Below are positions 28,016 through 36,280 of a stretch of 64,000 nt of DNA, piece by piece. The number at the start of each line of letters is the position of its first letter. Positions within the stretch are counted from its first letter, which is position 1. The stretch is taken from the NCBI GenBank assembly GCA_964463165.1, contig CAYXBK010000017.1, positions 11,569-75,568 of the forward strand. The letters run 5' to 3'. The DNA is from an uncultured Chitinophagales bacterium (GTDB taxonomy: Bacteria; Bacteroidota; Bacteroidia; Chitinophagales; BACL12). The position numbers and the translations under genes are program-made. A model generated the notes under the pieces. That model was not told where the DNA came from. It saw only the letters and a program-made list of their open reading frames with translations, and did no database searches.

Positions 28016-28495
28016 ATGACAACATTTATTTTATTGCCGGCAGAAAAAAATCATTTTCACGTAATTGAAAATCTGATGCAATTTTATATTTATGATTTTT
28101 CAGAATATCTGAATCTGGATGTGGATGAGAACGGATTGTTTCCCTCTTATCAAGATCTGGAAAATTATTACAAGGATGAAAATAAATTTTCCTACATTAT
28201 TAAAAGCGATGAAAAATATATCGGATTTGTGCTTGTGAAATATATTCATACCACGGAGCGTAATTATTTTTCCATTGCCGAATTTTTTATTCTGAAAAAA
28301 TACCGCCGCGGTGGAATCGGCAAATCCATTGCAAAAAATATTTTTGATCTGCACAAAGGAAAATGGGAAATATTTCAATGGGAGCAGAATAAACCGGCCC
28401 GACTGTTTTGGAAGAACGTGATCAATGAATATGCAGGCGGGAAGTATACAGAAAAATTGAAAGATGGAAAATATTTCCAACTATTTGAAAACTAA
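28016..28495 (+). CDS. GNAT-family N-acetyltransferase
   Basis: FFILKKYRRGGIGKSIAKNIF acetyl-CoA loop; ATG 28016 (MTTFILLP...) preferred over the upstream GTG at 27938. Confidence 0.75.
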   Translation: MTTFILLPAEKNHFHVIENLMQFYIYDFSEYLNLDVDENGLFPSYQDLENYYKDENKFSYIIKSDEKYIGFVLVKYIHTTERNYFSIAEFFILKKYRRGGIGKSIAKNIFDLHKGKWEIFQWEQNKPARLFWKNVINEYAGGKYTEKLKDGKYFQLFEN

Positions 28496-28504
28496 ATCTG
28501 CCGC

Positions 28505-28645
28505 ATATCCTAACCCACGATTTTAATCGTGGGCAAATAACTAAACAGAATTGGTAATAACGGTTTTAACCGTTTAATTAATAAACCATTAAAATGGCTG
28601 GTGAGATCTTTTTATTTTATTCCCACGGCTGAAGCCGTGGGTTAT
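28505..28645. repeat. composite multi-hairpin REP-like element, family B, copy 1
   Basis: CCCACGATTTTAATCGTGGG (28514-28533), AACGGTTTTAACCGTT (28559-28574), CCATTAAAATGG (28586-28597), CCCACGGCTGAAGCCGTGGG (28622-28641). Confidence 0.8.
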
Positions 28646-28699
28646 GTCTGGGATCGGCCAAAATTATGATCATGAAAAATGAACACTGTATTATAACCC

Positions 28700-28865
28700 T
28701 CGATTCAGCCCACGATTTAGCCCACGACTTAGCCCACGACTTCAGTCGTGGGTGGGTAAACGCACATCAAATTCGCATTAACGGTTTTAACCGTTTAATT
28801 ATTTAAACCAATAAAATGGTTAGGGCGATATCATTTTATTCCGTTCCCACGATTGAAATCGGGCA
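28700..28865. repeat. composite multi-hairpin REP-like element, family B, copy 2
   Basis: CCCACGA half-site triplicated then TCGTGGG (28709-28752), AACGGTTTTAACCGTT (28780-28795), AAACCAATAAAATGGTT (28805-28821), CCCACGATTGAAATCGGG (28846-28863). About 195 nt after copy 1. Confidence 0.8.
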
Positions 28866-28909
28866 AAAAAAACCGCCGCGAATTTCTCCGCAGCGGTTTT
28901 ATTTTTTTT
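28865..28909. terminator. bidirectional intrinsic terminator downstream of nrdJ
   Basis: A8-CCGCCGCG-aatttctc-CGCAGCGG-TTTTATTTTTTTT, an 8-bp stem with one mismatch, starting 15 nt beyond the nrdJ stop. Confidence 0.65.
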
Positions 28910-28923
28910 CCTGATTTCACCAA

Positions 28924-31900
28924 TCAGCTGCAACCCAAACTTTCGCCGCAATTCAAGCACTTATAGCAAGTGCCGTTGCGGATGGTTGTGTTGCCGCATT
29001 TAGGGCAAGGAGGTGCATCGCCCATTAAATTTGAATTGGCTGCATTCAGATCACTCATAACCGTATATTTCTCTACATTGGCTTTACTTGTTGTCTTCAC
29101 TTCTTCGGTTTTAGCAGCGGGTGTTTCCGTAACCGGATAATTACCGCTTGTTTCTGATGAAATATCCTGCGTTAATTTTTCACGCTGTTCCATTTCTTCA
29201 GGTGCAATATGCACAAGATCTGTTCTGTTCAGATATTCAAATGCGAGTAACCTGAAAACATAATCAACTATGGATGTGCTGAATTTAATATTTGCATGAT
29301 CTACCGGGCCGCTTGGTTCGAAACGGGTGAAGGTGAATTTATCGGTGAATTCTTCCAGCGGCACGCCATATTGCAATCCGATTGAAACGGCAATTGCAAA
29401 ACAGTTGAGCAACGATCTGAAGGAGGCACCTTCTTTATGCATATCAATAAAGATCTCACCCAGTGTATGATCTTCATATTCACCGGTGCGGACAAATATC
29501 GTCTGCCCGCCGATCTTTGATTTTTGTGTAAAGCCCGAACGTTTGCCAGGTAATTTTTTGCGTTCAACAACCCGCGATAACTGACGTTTGAAAATTGTAT
29601 CGGTTGATTGTGCAATTAAAGTTCTTGCAGCTTCCAATACTTCTTCTTCCGTCCACACATGTCCTTCCGGAATATCGGTTCCTTCTTTTTTGTCGCTTTT
29701 TGTTGAAAGCGGCTGCGATAATTTTGAACCGTCGCGATATAAAGCATTTGCTTTTAATCCCAATTTCCAGCTCATCATATAACAGCTTTCAATATCTTCA
29801 ATCGTTGCTTCGTGCGGTAAATTAATTGTTTTGGAAATGGCACCGGAAATAAATGGTTGCACGGCACCCATCATGCGGATATGTCCGTGTGAATGGATAT
29901 AACGCTCACCGATTTTTCCGCATTTATTTGCACAATCAAAAACAGGGTAATGTTTTTCCTGTAAATAAGGTGCACCTTCAATTGTCATTGTTCCGCAGAT
30001 ATGATCATTTGCTTTTTCGATCTGCTCTTTTGTAAAGCCGAGTGCTTTCAATAAATTAAATTGCGGATCGAGATATTGTTCGGATGAATATCCGATGCGT
30101 TGCAATGTTGCCTCACCGATTGTGAAAACATTAAATGCAAAACTTATTTCAAATGCAGATTGTACAACTTTATCGAGATGCAATAATTCAGATTCGGTAA
30201 ATCCTTTTGATGTAAGTGATTCTAAATTTATAAACGGTGCATCTTTTAATGTTCCTGTTCCTTTTGCATAATTTACAATAGCCTCAACTGAATCATCCGT
30301 ATATCCTAAATTCTTTAATGCAAGCGGAATGGATTGATTGATGATTTTAAAATATCCGCCGCCTGATAATTTTTTGAATTTCACCAAAGCAAAATCAGGT
30401 TCAACACCCGTTGTATCGCAATCCATTAATAAACCGATCGTACCAGTTGGTGCAATAACGGTTGATTGTGCGTTGCGGTAACCGAATTGTTCTCCTAATT
30501 GCAAAGCGCCATCCCATGCATCGCATGCCGCTTTTAATAAATAATCAGGGCATAATGCCTGATCGATTCCCATCGGTTTGATTTCCAGGTTTTCATAATT
30601 ATCTTCTGCATTATATGCTGCATAACGGTGATTGCGCATTACACGCATCATATCTTCCTTATTTTCTTCGTAACCTTTAAATGCGCCGAGTGCGGCAGCC
30701 ATTTCTGCAGATGTTTTATAAGAAATTCCCGTCATGATCGCAGAAATTGCGCCTGCAATTGAACGTGCCTTATCACTGTCGTACGGAATTCCGGAAATCA
30801 TTAATACAGAGCCGAGATTTGCAAAACCCAATCCGAGTGTGCGGAATTTATAAGATAATTCAGCAACTTCTTTTGAAGGGAACTGCGCCATTAAAACAGA
30901 GATCTCCAATACAACTGTCCAGATGCGTGCAGCATGTTCAAATGCTTCCACATTAAAGATCAGTTTGTCATCATCATAAAATTTACGGAGGTTGAGTGAT
31001 GCGAGATTACATGCGGTATTATCGAGGAACATATATTCCGAACATGGATTGGAAGCATTGATTCTTCCTGATTTCGGACATGTATGCCATTCATTGATTG
31101 TGGTATCGTATTGCACTCCCGGATCAGCACAACGCCATGCGGCATAGGCGATTTTTTCCCAGAGTTTTTTTGCTTCAACTGTTTTAAATGTTTTTCCTGT
31201 GCTTCTTCCGATCAATTCCCAGTTTCCGTTTTCTTCGAGCACTTTAAAAAATTTATTCGGAATGCGTACGGAGTTATTTGAATTTTGTCCCGCAACCGTG
31301 CGATATGCCTCGCCTTCATAATCCGATGGATAACCTGCAGCAATTAATGCGGCAACTTTATCTTCTTCTTTTACTTTCCAGTCAATAAAGTTTTCAATTT
31401 CGGGATGATCGAGATCAAGGCAAACCATTTTCGCAGCTCTTCTTGTTGTGCCGCCTGATTTAATTGCACCTGCAGCAGCATCACCGATTTTTAAGAATGA
31501 CATTAAACCTGATGAAGTGCCACCACCTGATAATTTTTCACCTTCACCACGAATTTTTGAGAAGTTTGTTCCGACACCAGAACCATATTTAAAAATTCTT
31601 GCTTCACGGGTCCAGAGATCCATAATACCGCCCGGATTTACAAGATCATCATCCACACTCAAAATAAAACAAGCATGTGGTTGCGGGCGCTCATATGCTG
31701 AAGTTGATTTTTTTAATTCTTCTGTTTCAGGATCCACATAATAATGGCCCTGTGGTTTCCCCTTAATTCCATAGGTAGAATACAATCCCGTATTAAACCA
31801 TTGCGGCGAATTTGGCGCACCCATTTGTCCGATGATCATATACACGAGTTCTTCATAAAATACCCGTGCATCGTCTTTGGATGCGAAATAATTATGTTTT

Positions 31901-32208
31901 TCACCCCATTGCATCCAGCAATCAGCAAGGCGGTGAGCAACCTGTTTAATTGAATTTTCTGAACCTGTCGAACCATCAGGCTGTGGCACTCCGGTTTTAC
32001 GGAAATATTTCTGCGCAAGAATATCTGTAGCAACCTGGCTCCATTCTTTTGGAACTTCTACATTATTCATTTCGAATACAACACCGCCGCTTGTGTGTCT
32101 GATTACAGATGAGCGTGTGTCGTACTCATACATGTCGAAGGGGCTCGTACCTTCTTTTGTGAAATAGCGGCTGAATTTTAAGCCTTTGGTCTGCTGGTTC
32201 TTTGCCAT
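28924..32208 (-). CDS. nrdJ: class II (adenosylcobalamin-dependent) ribonucleotide reductase
   Basis: 1094 aa. Has the N-terminal ATP-cone-less RNR barrel (NPCSEYMFLDNTACNLASLNL, IAPTGTIGLLMDCDTTGVEPDF, AISKTINLP) and a C-terminal CPKCGN...CYKCLNCG zinc-ribbon tail. Confidence 0.9.
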   Translation of the reverse strand: MAKNQQTKGLKFSRYFTKEGTSPFDMYEYDTRSSVIRHTSGGVVFEMNNVEVPKEWSQVATDILAQKYFRKTGVPQPDGSTGSENSIKQVAHRLADCWMQWGEKHNYFASKDDARVFYEELVYMIIGQMGAPNSPQWFNTGLYSTYGIKGKPQGHYYVDPETEELKKSTSAYERPQPHACFILSVDDDLVNPGGIMDLWTREARIFKYGSGVGTNFSKIRGEGEKLSGGGTSSGLMSFLKIGDAAAGAIKSGGTTRRAAKMVCLDLDHPEIENFIDWKVKEEDKVAALIAAGYPSDYEGEAYRTVAGQNSNNSVRIPNKFFKVLEENGNWELIGRSTGKTFKTVEAKKLWEKIAYAAWRCADPGVQYDTTINEWHTCPKSGRINASNPCSEYMFLDNTACNLASLNLRKFYDDDKLIFNVEAFEHAARIWTVVLEISVLMAQFPSKEVAELSYKFRTLGLGFANLGSVLMISGIPYDSDKARSIAGAISAIMTGISYKTSAEMAAALGAFKGYEENKEDMMRVMRNHRYAAYNAEDNYENLEIKPMGIDQALCPDYLLKAACDAWDGALQLGEQFGYRNAQSTVIAPTGTIGLLMDCDTTGVEPDFALVKFKKLSGGGYFKIINQSIPLALKNLGYTDDSVEAIVNYAKGTGTLKDAPFINLESLTSKGFTESELLHLDKVVQSAFEISFAFNVFTIGEATLQRIGYSSEQYLDPQFNLLKALGFTKEQIEKANDHICGTMTIEGAPYLQEKHYPVFDCANKCGKIGERYIHSHGHIRMMGAVQPFISGAISKTINLPHEATIEDIESCYMMSWKLGLKANALYRDGSKLSQPLSTKSDKKEGTDIPEGHVWTEEEVLEAARTLIAQSTDTIFKRQLSRVVERKKLPGKRSGFTQKSKIGGQTIFVRTGEYEDHTLGEIFIDMHKEGASFRSLLNCFAIAVSIGLQYGVPLEEFTDKFTFTRFEPSGPVDHANIKFSTSIVDYVFRLLAFEYLNRTDLVHIAPEEMEQREKLTQDISSETSGNYPVTETPAAKTEEVKTTSKANVEKYTVMSDLNAANSNLMGDAPPCPKCGNTTIRNGTCYKCLNCGESLGCS

Positions 32209-32259
32209 TCTGGTTAAGTTTAGTTAGGTTCTCAAAAAGTTCTGCGGTTGGTTAGACAG

Positions 32260-32291
32260 AAAAACCTTCCGGTATTTTTCCGAAAGGTTTT
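32260..32291 (-). promoter_or_regulatory. terminator-like hairpin inside the nrdJ 5' leader (candidate attenuator / expression platform)
   Basis: On the mRNA strand, a 12-bp stem (32280-32291 with 32261-32272, one G-U) with a 7-nt loop. The last four pairs plus A32260 give a U5 run, ending 52 nt upstream of the ATG. Confidence 0.4.
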
Positions 32292-32850
32292 CCGAAAGTA
32301 GTTAAACAATCTGTTTACAAACAAGTAACATTTTTACACAACCCTGTTTATAACAAACCTTTTGTTTTGATTCCGCTACATCAAACTTGTTGAAATAATT
32401 ATTTCAAAAATTGTCAACCTTCCAATGTGCATTTTGCATCGAATAATTATACACATGATGTTGGAATTTAAAACGATGAAATGATAGATTTCGTTTGGAA
32501 AGTTGCGGAAATTTTGTACATCAGAAACGCAATATCACTGCGAAACAGGGCTGTTACCGATGAGTGGAAATCATCTCTGTTTATTGTAATCCTGCAATGA
32601 AATTTATTTACGGCCTGAGGGCCTGTTTTAATTTCGGTATAAAGCCGTTTCAGCATTGAGGAATACTTCAAAAAACTTAGAATAAATTACTCAGATATCA
32701 CACTGTCCTTTAAAATGTAATTGACCGAAAAACATGTGCATCCAATCTATACACAGCCTGATAAATTGTGAACAGGAGGATTGCCTGTGCAGCAGGCATA
32801 ATATCCGGCAGAAGGCCGTCTTTAAATTTAGAGGCATAACATAAATACCC

Positions 32851-32858
32851 TATTTTTG
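32851..32858 (+). promoter_or_regulatory. candidate -7 box (TATTTTTG) for the PcrB-family gene
   Basis: TAnnTTTG match 16 nt upstream of ATG 32874. Confidence 0.4.
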
Positions 32859-32873
32859 CCCTAAGCCAGTTCT

Positions 32874-33632
32874 ATGCAAACCGCCGTAACACAACTTCTT
32901 CAAAACAACCACCGCCTTCAAAAAAGGCAGTTTGCTGTTTTGATCGACCCCGATGAAGTGGACGAACCGGCTCTCAAACAACTCGTACGGGTTGCAGTGG
33001 ATTGCGGAGTGGATTATTTTTTTGTCGGCGGAAGTTTGGTTGTAGGCAATTACCTTGGGCATACAATACAGTATTTAAGGGCGCATTCAAATATTCCGGT
33101 CGTCATATTCCCCGGCAGCATTCAGCAGGTAAATCCGAATGCCGATGCGCTTTTGTTTTTATCACTTATCAGCGGCAGGAATCCCGAATTATTGATCGGC
33201 AATCATGTGCTTGCTGCACCATATATCAAAAGATCGGGCATCGAAGCAATACCTACCGGTTATATTCTGATCGATGGCGGCGCACCAACTACCGTTTCTT
33301 ATATCAGCAATACAAATCCCATCCCGCACGATAAAAAAGAAATTGCCATAAGTACCGCAATGGCCGGTGAATTACTGGGAATGAAAACAATTTATATGGA
33401 TGCCGGCAGCGGTGCAAAAAGGAATATTTCGCCTGAAATGATCAAAGCGGTTGCATCCAGCATCAATATACCGCTCATCATTGGCGGTGGTGTGCGCACG
33501 CCTGAAACAGCGTACGAATTATCCAGCGCCGGCGCCGATGTGGTGGTGGTTGGAAATGCCATTGAAAAAGATGCTTCGCTGATCAAAGAAATTTCTCTTG
33601 CTATTCATTCGGTTACTGTTACCAGCAGCTAG
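32874..33632 (+). CDS. geranylgeranylglyceryl-/heptaprenylglyceryl-phosphate synthase family protein (PcrB/GGGPS)
   Basis: TIM-barrel motifs FVGGSLVV, VIFPGS, YMDAGSGA, PLIIGGGVRTPE; 252 aa. Confidence 0.8.
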   Translation: MQTAVTQLLQNNHRLQKRQFAVLIDPDEVDEPALKQLVRVAVDCGVDYFFVGGSLVVGNYLGHTIQYLRAHSNIPVVIFPGSIQQVNPNADALLFLSLISGRNPELLIGNHVLAAPYIKRSGIEAIPTGYILIDGGAPTTVSYISNTNPIPHDKKEIAISTAMAGELLGMKTIYMDAGSGAKRNISPEMIKAVASSINIPLIIGGGVRTPETAYELSSAGADVVVVGNAIEKDASLIKEISLAIHSVTVTSS

Positions 33633-33690
33633 AGGCCAGCAGCCAGCAGCCAGCGGCTAGTAGCTAGTAGCTAGAGGCTAGCGACTAGCA
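33621..33690. repeat. short tandem word repeats (GCCAGCAGCCAGC / GCTAGTAGCTAG)
   Basis: CCAGCAGCTAGAGGCCAGCAGCCAGCAGCCAGCGGCTAGTAGCTAGTAGCTAGAGGCTAGCGACTAGC. The stop codon TAG 33630-33632 lies inside it, and related words recur at 53436-53490. Confidence 0.75.
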
Positions 33691-33712
33691 TCTTCCTCCT
33701 TATTTTTGTCCC

Positions 33713-34633
33713 ATGCTCGGAACTGTTATCCAATCTACCGGAAGTTTTTATGATGTGCTGCTGGAAAATAAATCCCTGATCACATGCCGGTTGAAAGGGA
33801 AATTCAGAATGGAAGATAAAAAACTCACCAACCCGGTTGTGGTGGGCGATCTCGTAGATGTGGATCTGGAAGAAGGCTCTTCCGTTATAATTGAAATTCA
33901 TCCGAGAAGAAATTATATCGTCCGGTCCGATACCCATAAAAAAGAATTCAAAAATATTCTCGCGGCAAATATCGACCAGACAATTGTAATTGCATCTTTA
34001 AAACAACCGCGAACACCTTATGGATTTATCGATCGCATTTTGCTCACCAGCGAAGTATACGATATTCCGGCTGTTGTAATTTTTAATAAACACGATCTCT
34101 ATGGAAAAAAAGAAAATGAATTGCTCGAACAATTTATGTTCGGTTATAATGAAGCGGGATATCTTTCATTTTCAACTTCCGTATTGAAATCTGAAAACCT
34201 TGAGCGCTTAAAAGAATTATTAAAAAATAAAACTTCTTTAATTACGGGACCTTCCGGTGTCGGAAAATCATCTCTTGTAAATGCAATTGAACCGGGCCTG
34301 GACCTGAGAGTAAAAGAAATTTCAAAATATACAGATAAGGGTCAGCATACCACCACATTTTCACGCATGCACCTTTTGAGTTTCGGCGGATATATTATCG
34401 ATACGCCCGGCATAAAAGAATTTGGTTTGGTGGATATCGAAGCATATGAAGTAGGACATTATTTTCCCGAGATCAGAAAATTAATGGGACAATGTAAATT
34501 CAACGATTGCTTGCATATCAATGAAGAGGGTTGCGTGGTCAAAGCATTATTGGAAGAAGGAAAATTTTCGCCATACCGTTATAACAGTTATGTGAATTTT
34601 CATGAAGAAATTAAAGCGGAGAGGAGGTGGTAA
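33713..34633 (+). CDS. rsgA: ribosome small-subunit-dependent GTPase A
   Basis: OB-fold N-terminus, circularly permuted GTPase (NKHDL ... GPSGVGKSSLVN ... DTPG), zinc knuckle CKFNDCLHINEEGC. Confidence 0.9.
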   Translation: MLGTVIQSTGSFYDVLLENKSLITCRLKGKFRMEDKKLTNPVVVGDLVDVDLEEGSSVIIEIHPRRNYIVRSDTHKKEFKNILAANIDQTIVIASLKQPRTPYGFIDRILLTSEVYDIPAVVIFNKHDLYGKKENELLEQFMFGYNEAGYLSFSTSVLKSENLERLKELLKNKTSLITGPSGVGKSSLVNAIEPGLDLRVKEISKYTDKGQHTTTFSRMHLLSFGGYIIDTPGIKEFGLVDIEAYEVGHYFPEIRKLMGQCKFNDCLHINEEGCVVKALLEEGKFSPYRYNSYVNFHEEIKAERRW

Positions 34634-34704
34634 AAAGGAGGGAGGAGAAAGGAGTTGCGCTTTTGATTGATTAAGCTAAAAAGGGCGACATTTGACTTTT
34701 AATT

Positions 34705-35157
34705 ATGAGAGCCGTAATTCAAAGAGTAAGTGAAGCAAGTGTTGAGATTGAAGGAAAAGTTTTTTCTTCCATCAAAACCGGTTTATTGATTTTATTGGGA
34801 ATTGAAGATGCGGATACGAAAGAAGATATTGAATGGCTGGCAAGAAAAATATTTCAATTGCGCATTTTTGAAGATGAAAATGAATTGATGAATTTAAGTG
34901 TGCAGGATATAAATGGAGAATTATTGGTTGTGAGCCAGTTCACATTATTTGCATCCACCAAAAAAGGAAACCGGCCTTCATTTATCAGAAGTGCAAAACC
35001 GGAAATTGCAATTCCTTTGTATGCATCATTTATTAAAGAACTTGCGGTTGTTTCAGGAAAAGAAATCAAAACAGGTTCATTCGGTGCCATGATGCAAATT
35101 AAATTAATAAACAACGGCCCGGTTACAATTACGATCGACACAAAAAACAAAGAATAA
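34705..35157 (+). CDS. dtd: D-aminoacyl-tRNA deacylase
   Basis: MRAVIQRV..., SQFTLFASTKKGNRPSF, NNGPVTI; 150 aa. Confidence 0.9.
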   Translation: MRAVIQRVSEASVEIEGKVFSSIKTGLLILLGIEDADTKEDIEWLARKIFQLRIFEDENELMNLSVQDINGELLVVSQFTLFASTKKGNRPSFIRSAKPEIAIPLYASFIKELAVVSGKEIKTGSFGAMMQIKLINNGPVTITIDTKNKE

Positions 35158-35160
35158 AAC

Positions 35161-35778
35161 GTGAAAAAAATTCTTTCAAAATATTTCGAATTCATTTTAC
35201 TTGGTTTGACATTCTTATTTCTTATGATCAAATCATCCATGCCGCAATACGGTGAGCGTATCAGCATGTTGTTTTTCGGCAGTTTATCATTTTATTATCT
35301 CGCATCTGCTGTTTTGGTTTTTCTTGATAAAAAAAGAATCGGCCGGATGATGCGGCTGTTGTATTTGATCGGCTTATGGGCGGTTTCGTTTTCAGTTATT
35401 GCCGTTATGGCAAGAACATTATTATTGCAACTTGATATTGAATTGTTGATTATTGCTTTATCAGCCGGTATCGGCACATTATTATTTTGCTGGGTTTATT
35501 TCCGCGGGCTGGAAGAAAAAGATAAAGAAATTTTCAAAGATCAGATTCCGCCGCTTGTAATTCGAAATATCATTTCAACATTTATTGTCATTGCATTTCT
35601 GGTGATCGGAAATTATGCCGTTTATGATCTGTTCGGCACACATAAAAAAGATCCTGTTTACACTGAAAAAATTGTCAATGCGTACGAACATCCGAATGAT
35701 ACAAGTATTGTAAATGATTTTAAAAGATATGATGCGGCGATGCATAAAGTGGATACTGTAATGATGGAGAATCAGTAG
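35161..35778 (+). CDS. hypothetical polytopic membrane protein
   Basis: GTG start 4 nt after dtd; five to six hydrophobic segments; no motif recognised. Confidence 0.5.
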   Translation: MKKILSKYFEFILLGLTFLFLMIKSSMPQYGERISMLFFGSLSFYYLASAVLVFLDKKRIGRMMRLLYLIGLWAVSFSVIAVMARTLLLQLDIELLIIALSAGIGTLLFCWVYFRGLEEKDKEIFKDQIPPLVIRNIISTFIVIAFLVIGNYAVYDLFGTHKKDPVYTEKIVNAYEHPNDTSIVNDFKRYDAAMHKVDTVMMENQ

Positions 35779-35950
35779 GCAGTCCTCAGTCGGCAGTCGG
35801 CAGTCGGCTGACGCAAAAGGAGCTGATGCAAGGGAATAAAGAATAATGAACAAGGAATAATAAATAAAGAACTGCTGACGCAAAAGTAGCTGACGCAAAT
35901 AGCAAGAGTAAACGACTCGGGCACATGAACACTCGAACACACGAACACGC
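35776..35950. repeat. 175-nt intergenic spacer built almost entirely of short tandem words
   Basis: GGCAGTC x3, CTGACGCAAA at 35808, 35875 and 35890, GGAATAAAGAATAA-type words, ACACGAACAC words. Runs from the stop of 35161..35778 to 4 nt before the mazG-like ATG. Confidence 0.75.
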
Positions 35951-35953
35951 TAT

Positions 35954-36280
35954 ATGACAATAAAACAAGCCCAAACCACCATCGACACCTGGATAAAAAC
36001 AACAGGCGTTCGCTATTTTAATGAATTGACAAATATGGCAATGCTCACAGAAGAAGTGGGTGAAGTGGCGAGAATCATTGCACGCAAATATGGCGAACAA
36101 TCATTTAAAGAATCTGATAAAGAAAAAGAATTAAGTGATGAATTGGCTGATGTTTTATTTGTATTAATTTGTATTGCCAATCAAACCGGTGTGGATCTTA
36201 CCGAAGCACTGGAAAAAAATCTCGAAAAAAAAACAAATCGTGATGGAACCAGGCATCAGGAAAATGAGAAATTACAATAA
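35954..36280 (+). CDS. MazG-like nucleotide pyrophosphohydrolase (small, single domain)
   Basis: LTEEVGEVARIIARKYGEQ and ELADVLFVLICIAN EExxE/ExxD helices; 108 aa. Confidence 0.8.
   Translation: MTIKQAQTTIDTWIKTTGVRYFNELTNMAMLTEEVGEVARIIARKYGEQSFKESDKEKELSDELADVLFVLICIANQTGVDLTEALEKNLEKKTNRDGTRHQENEKLQ

Noticed and set aside
28100-28480. 126-aa minus-strand ORF
   Set aside because: Antisense to the GNAT acetyltransferase, which has a clear acetyl-CoA-binding motif.
28496-28870. Possible CRISPR array (regularly spaced palindromes)
   Set aside because: Four different palindromes alternate in a fixed order. There are no constant-length unique spacers, only two units, and no cas genes in the window.
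32209-32873. Cobalamin riboswitch or NrdR boxes upstream of nrdJ; also the 67-aa ORF 32468..32671
   Set aside because: I found no B12-box (GCCACTG core) or 16-bp NrdR-type palindrome on either strand, and the ORF has no support. The region is kept as an unexplained leader in the findings.
35772-36100. Minus-strand ORFs of 76-121 aa across 35575-36100
   Set aside because: They are translations of the word-repeat spacer and antisense to the mazG-like gene.
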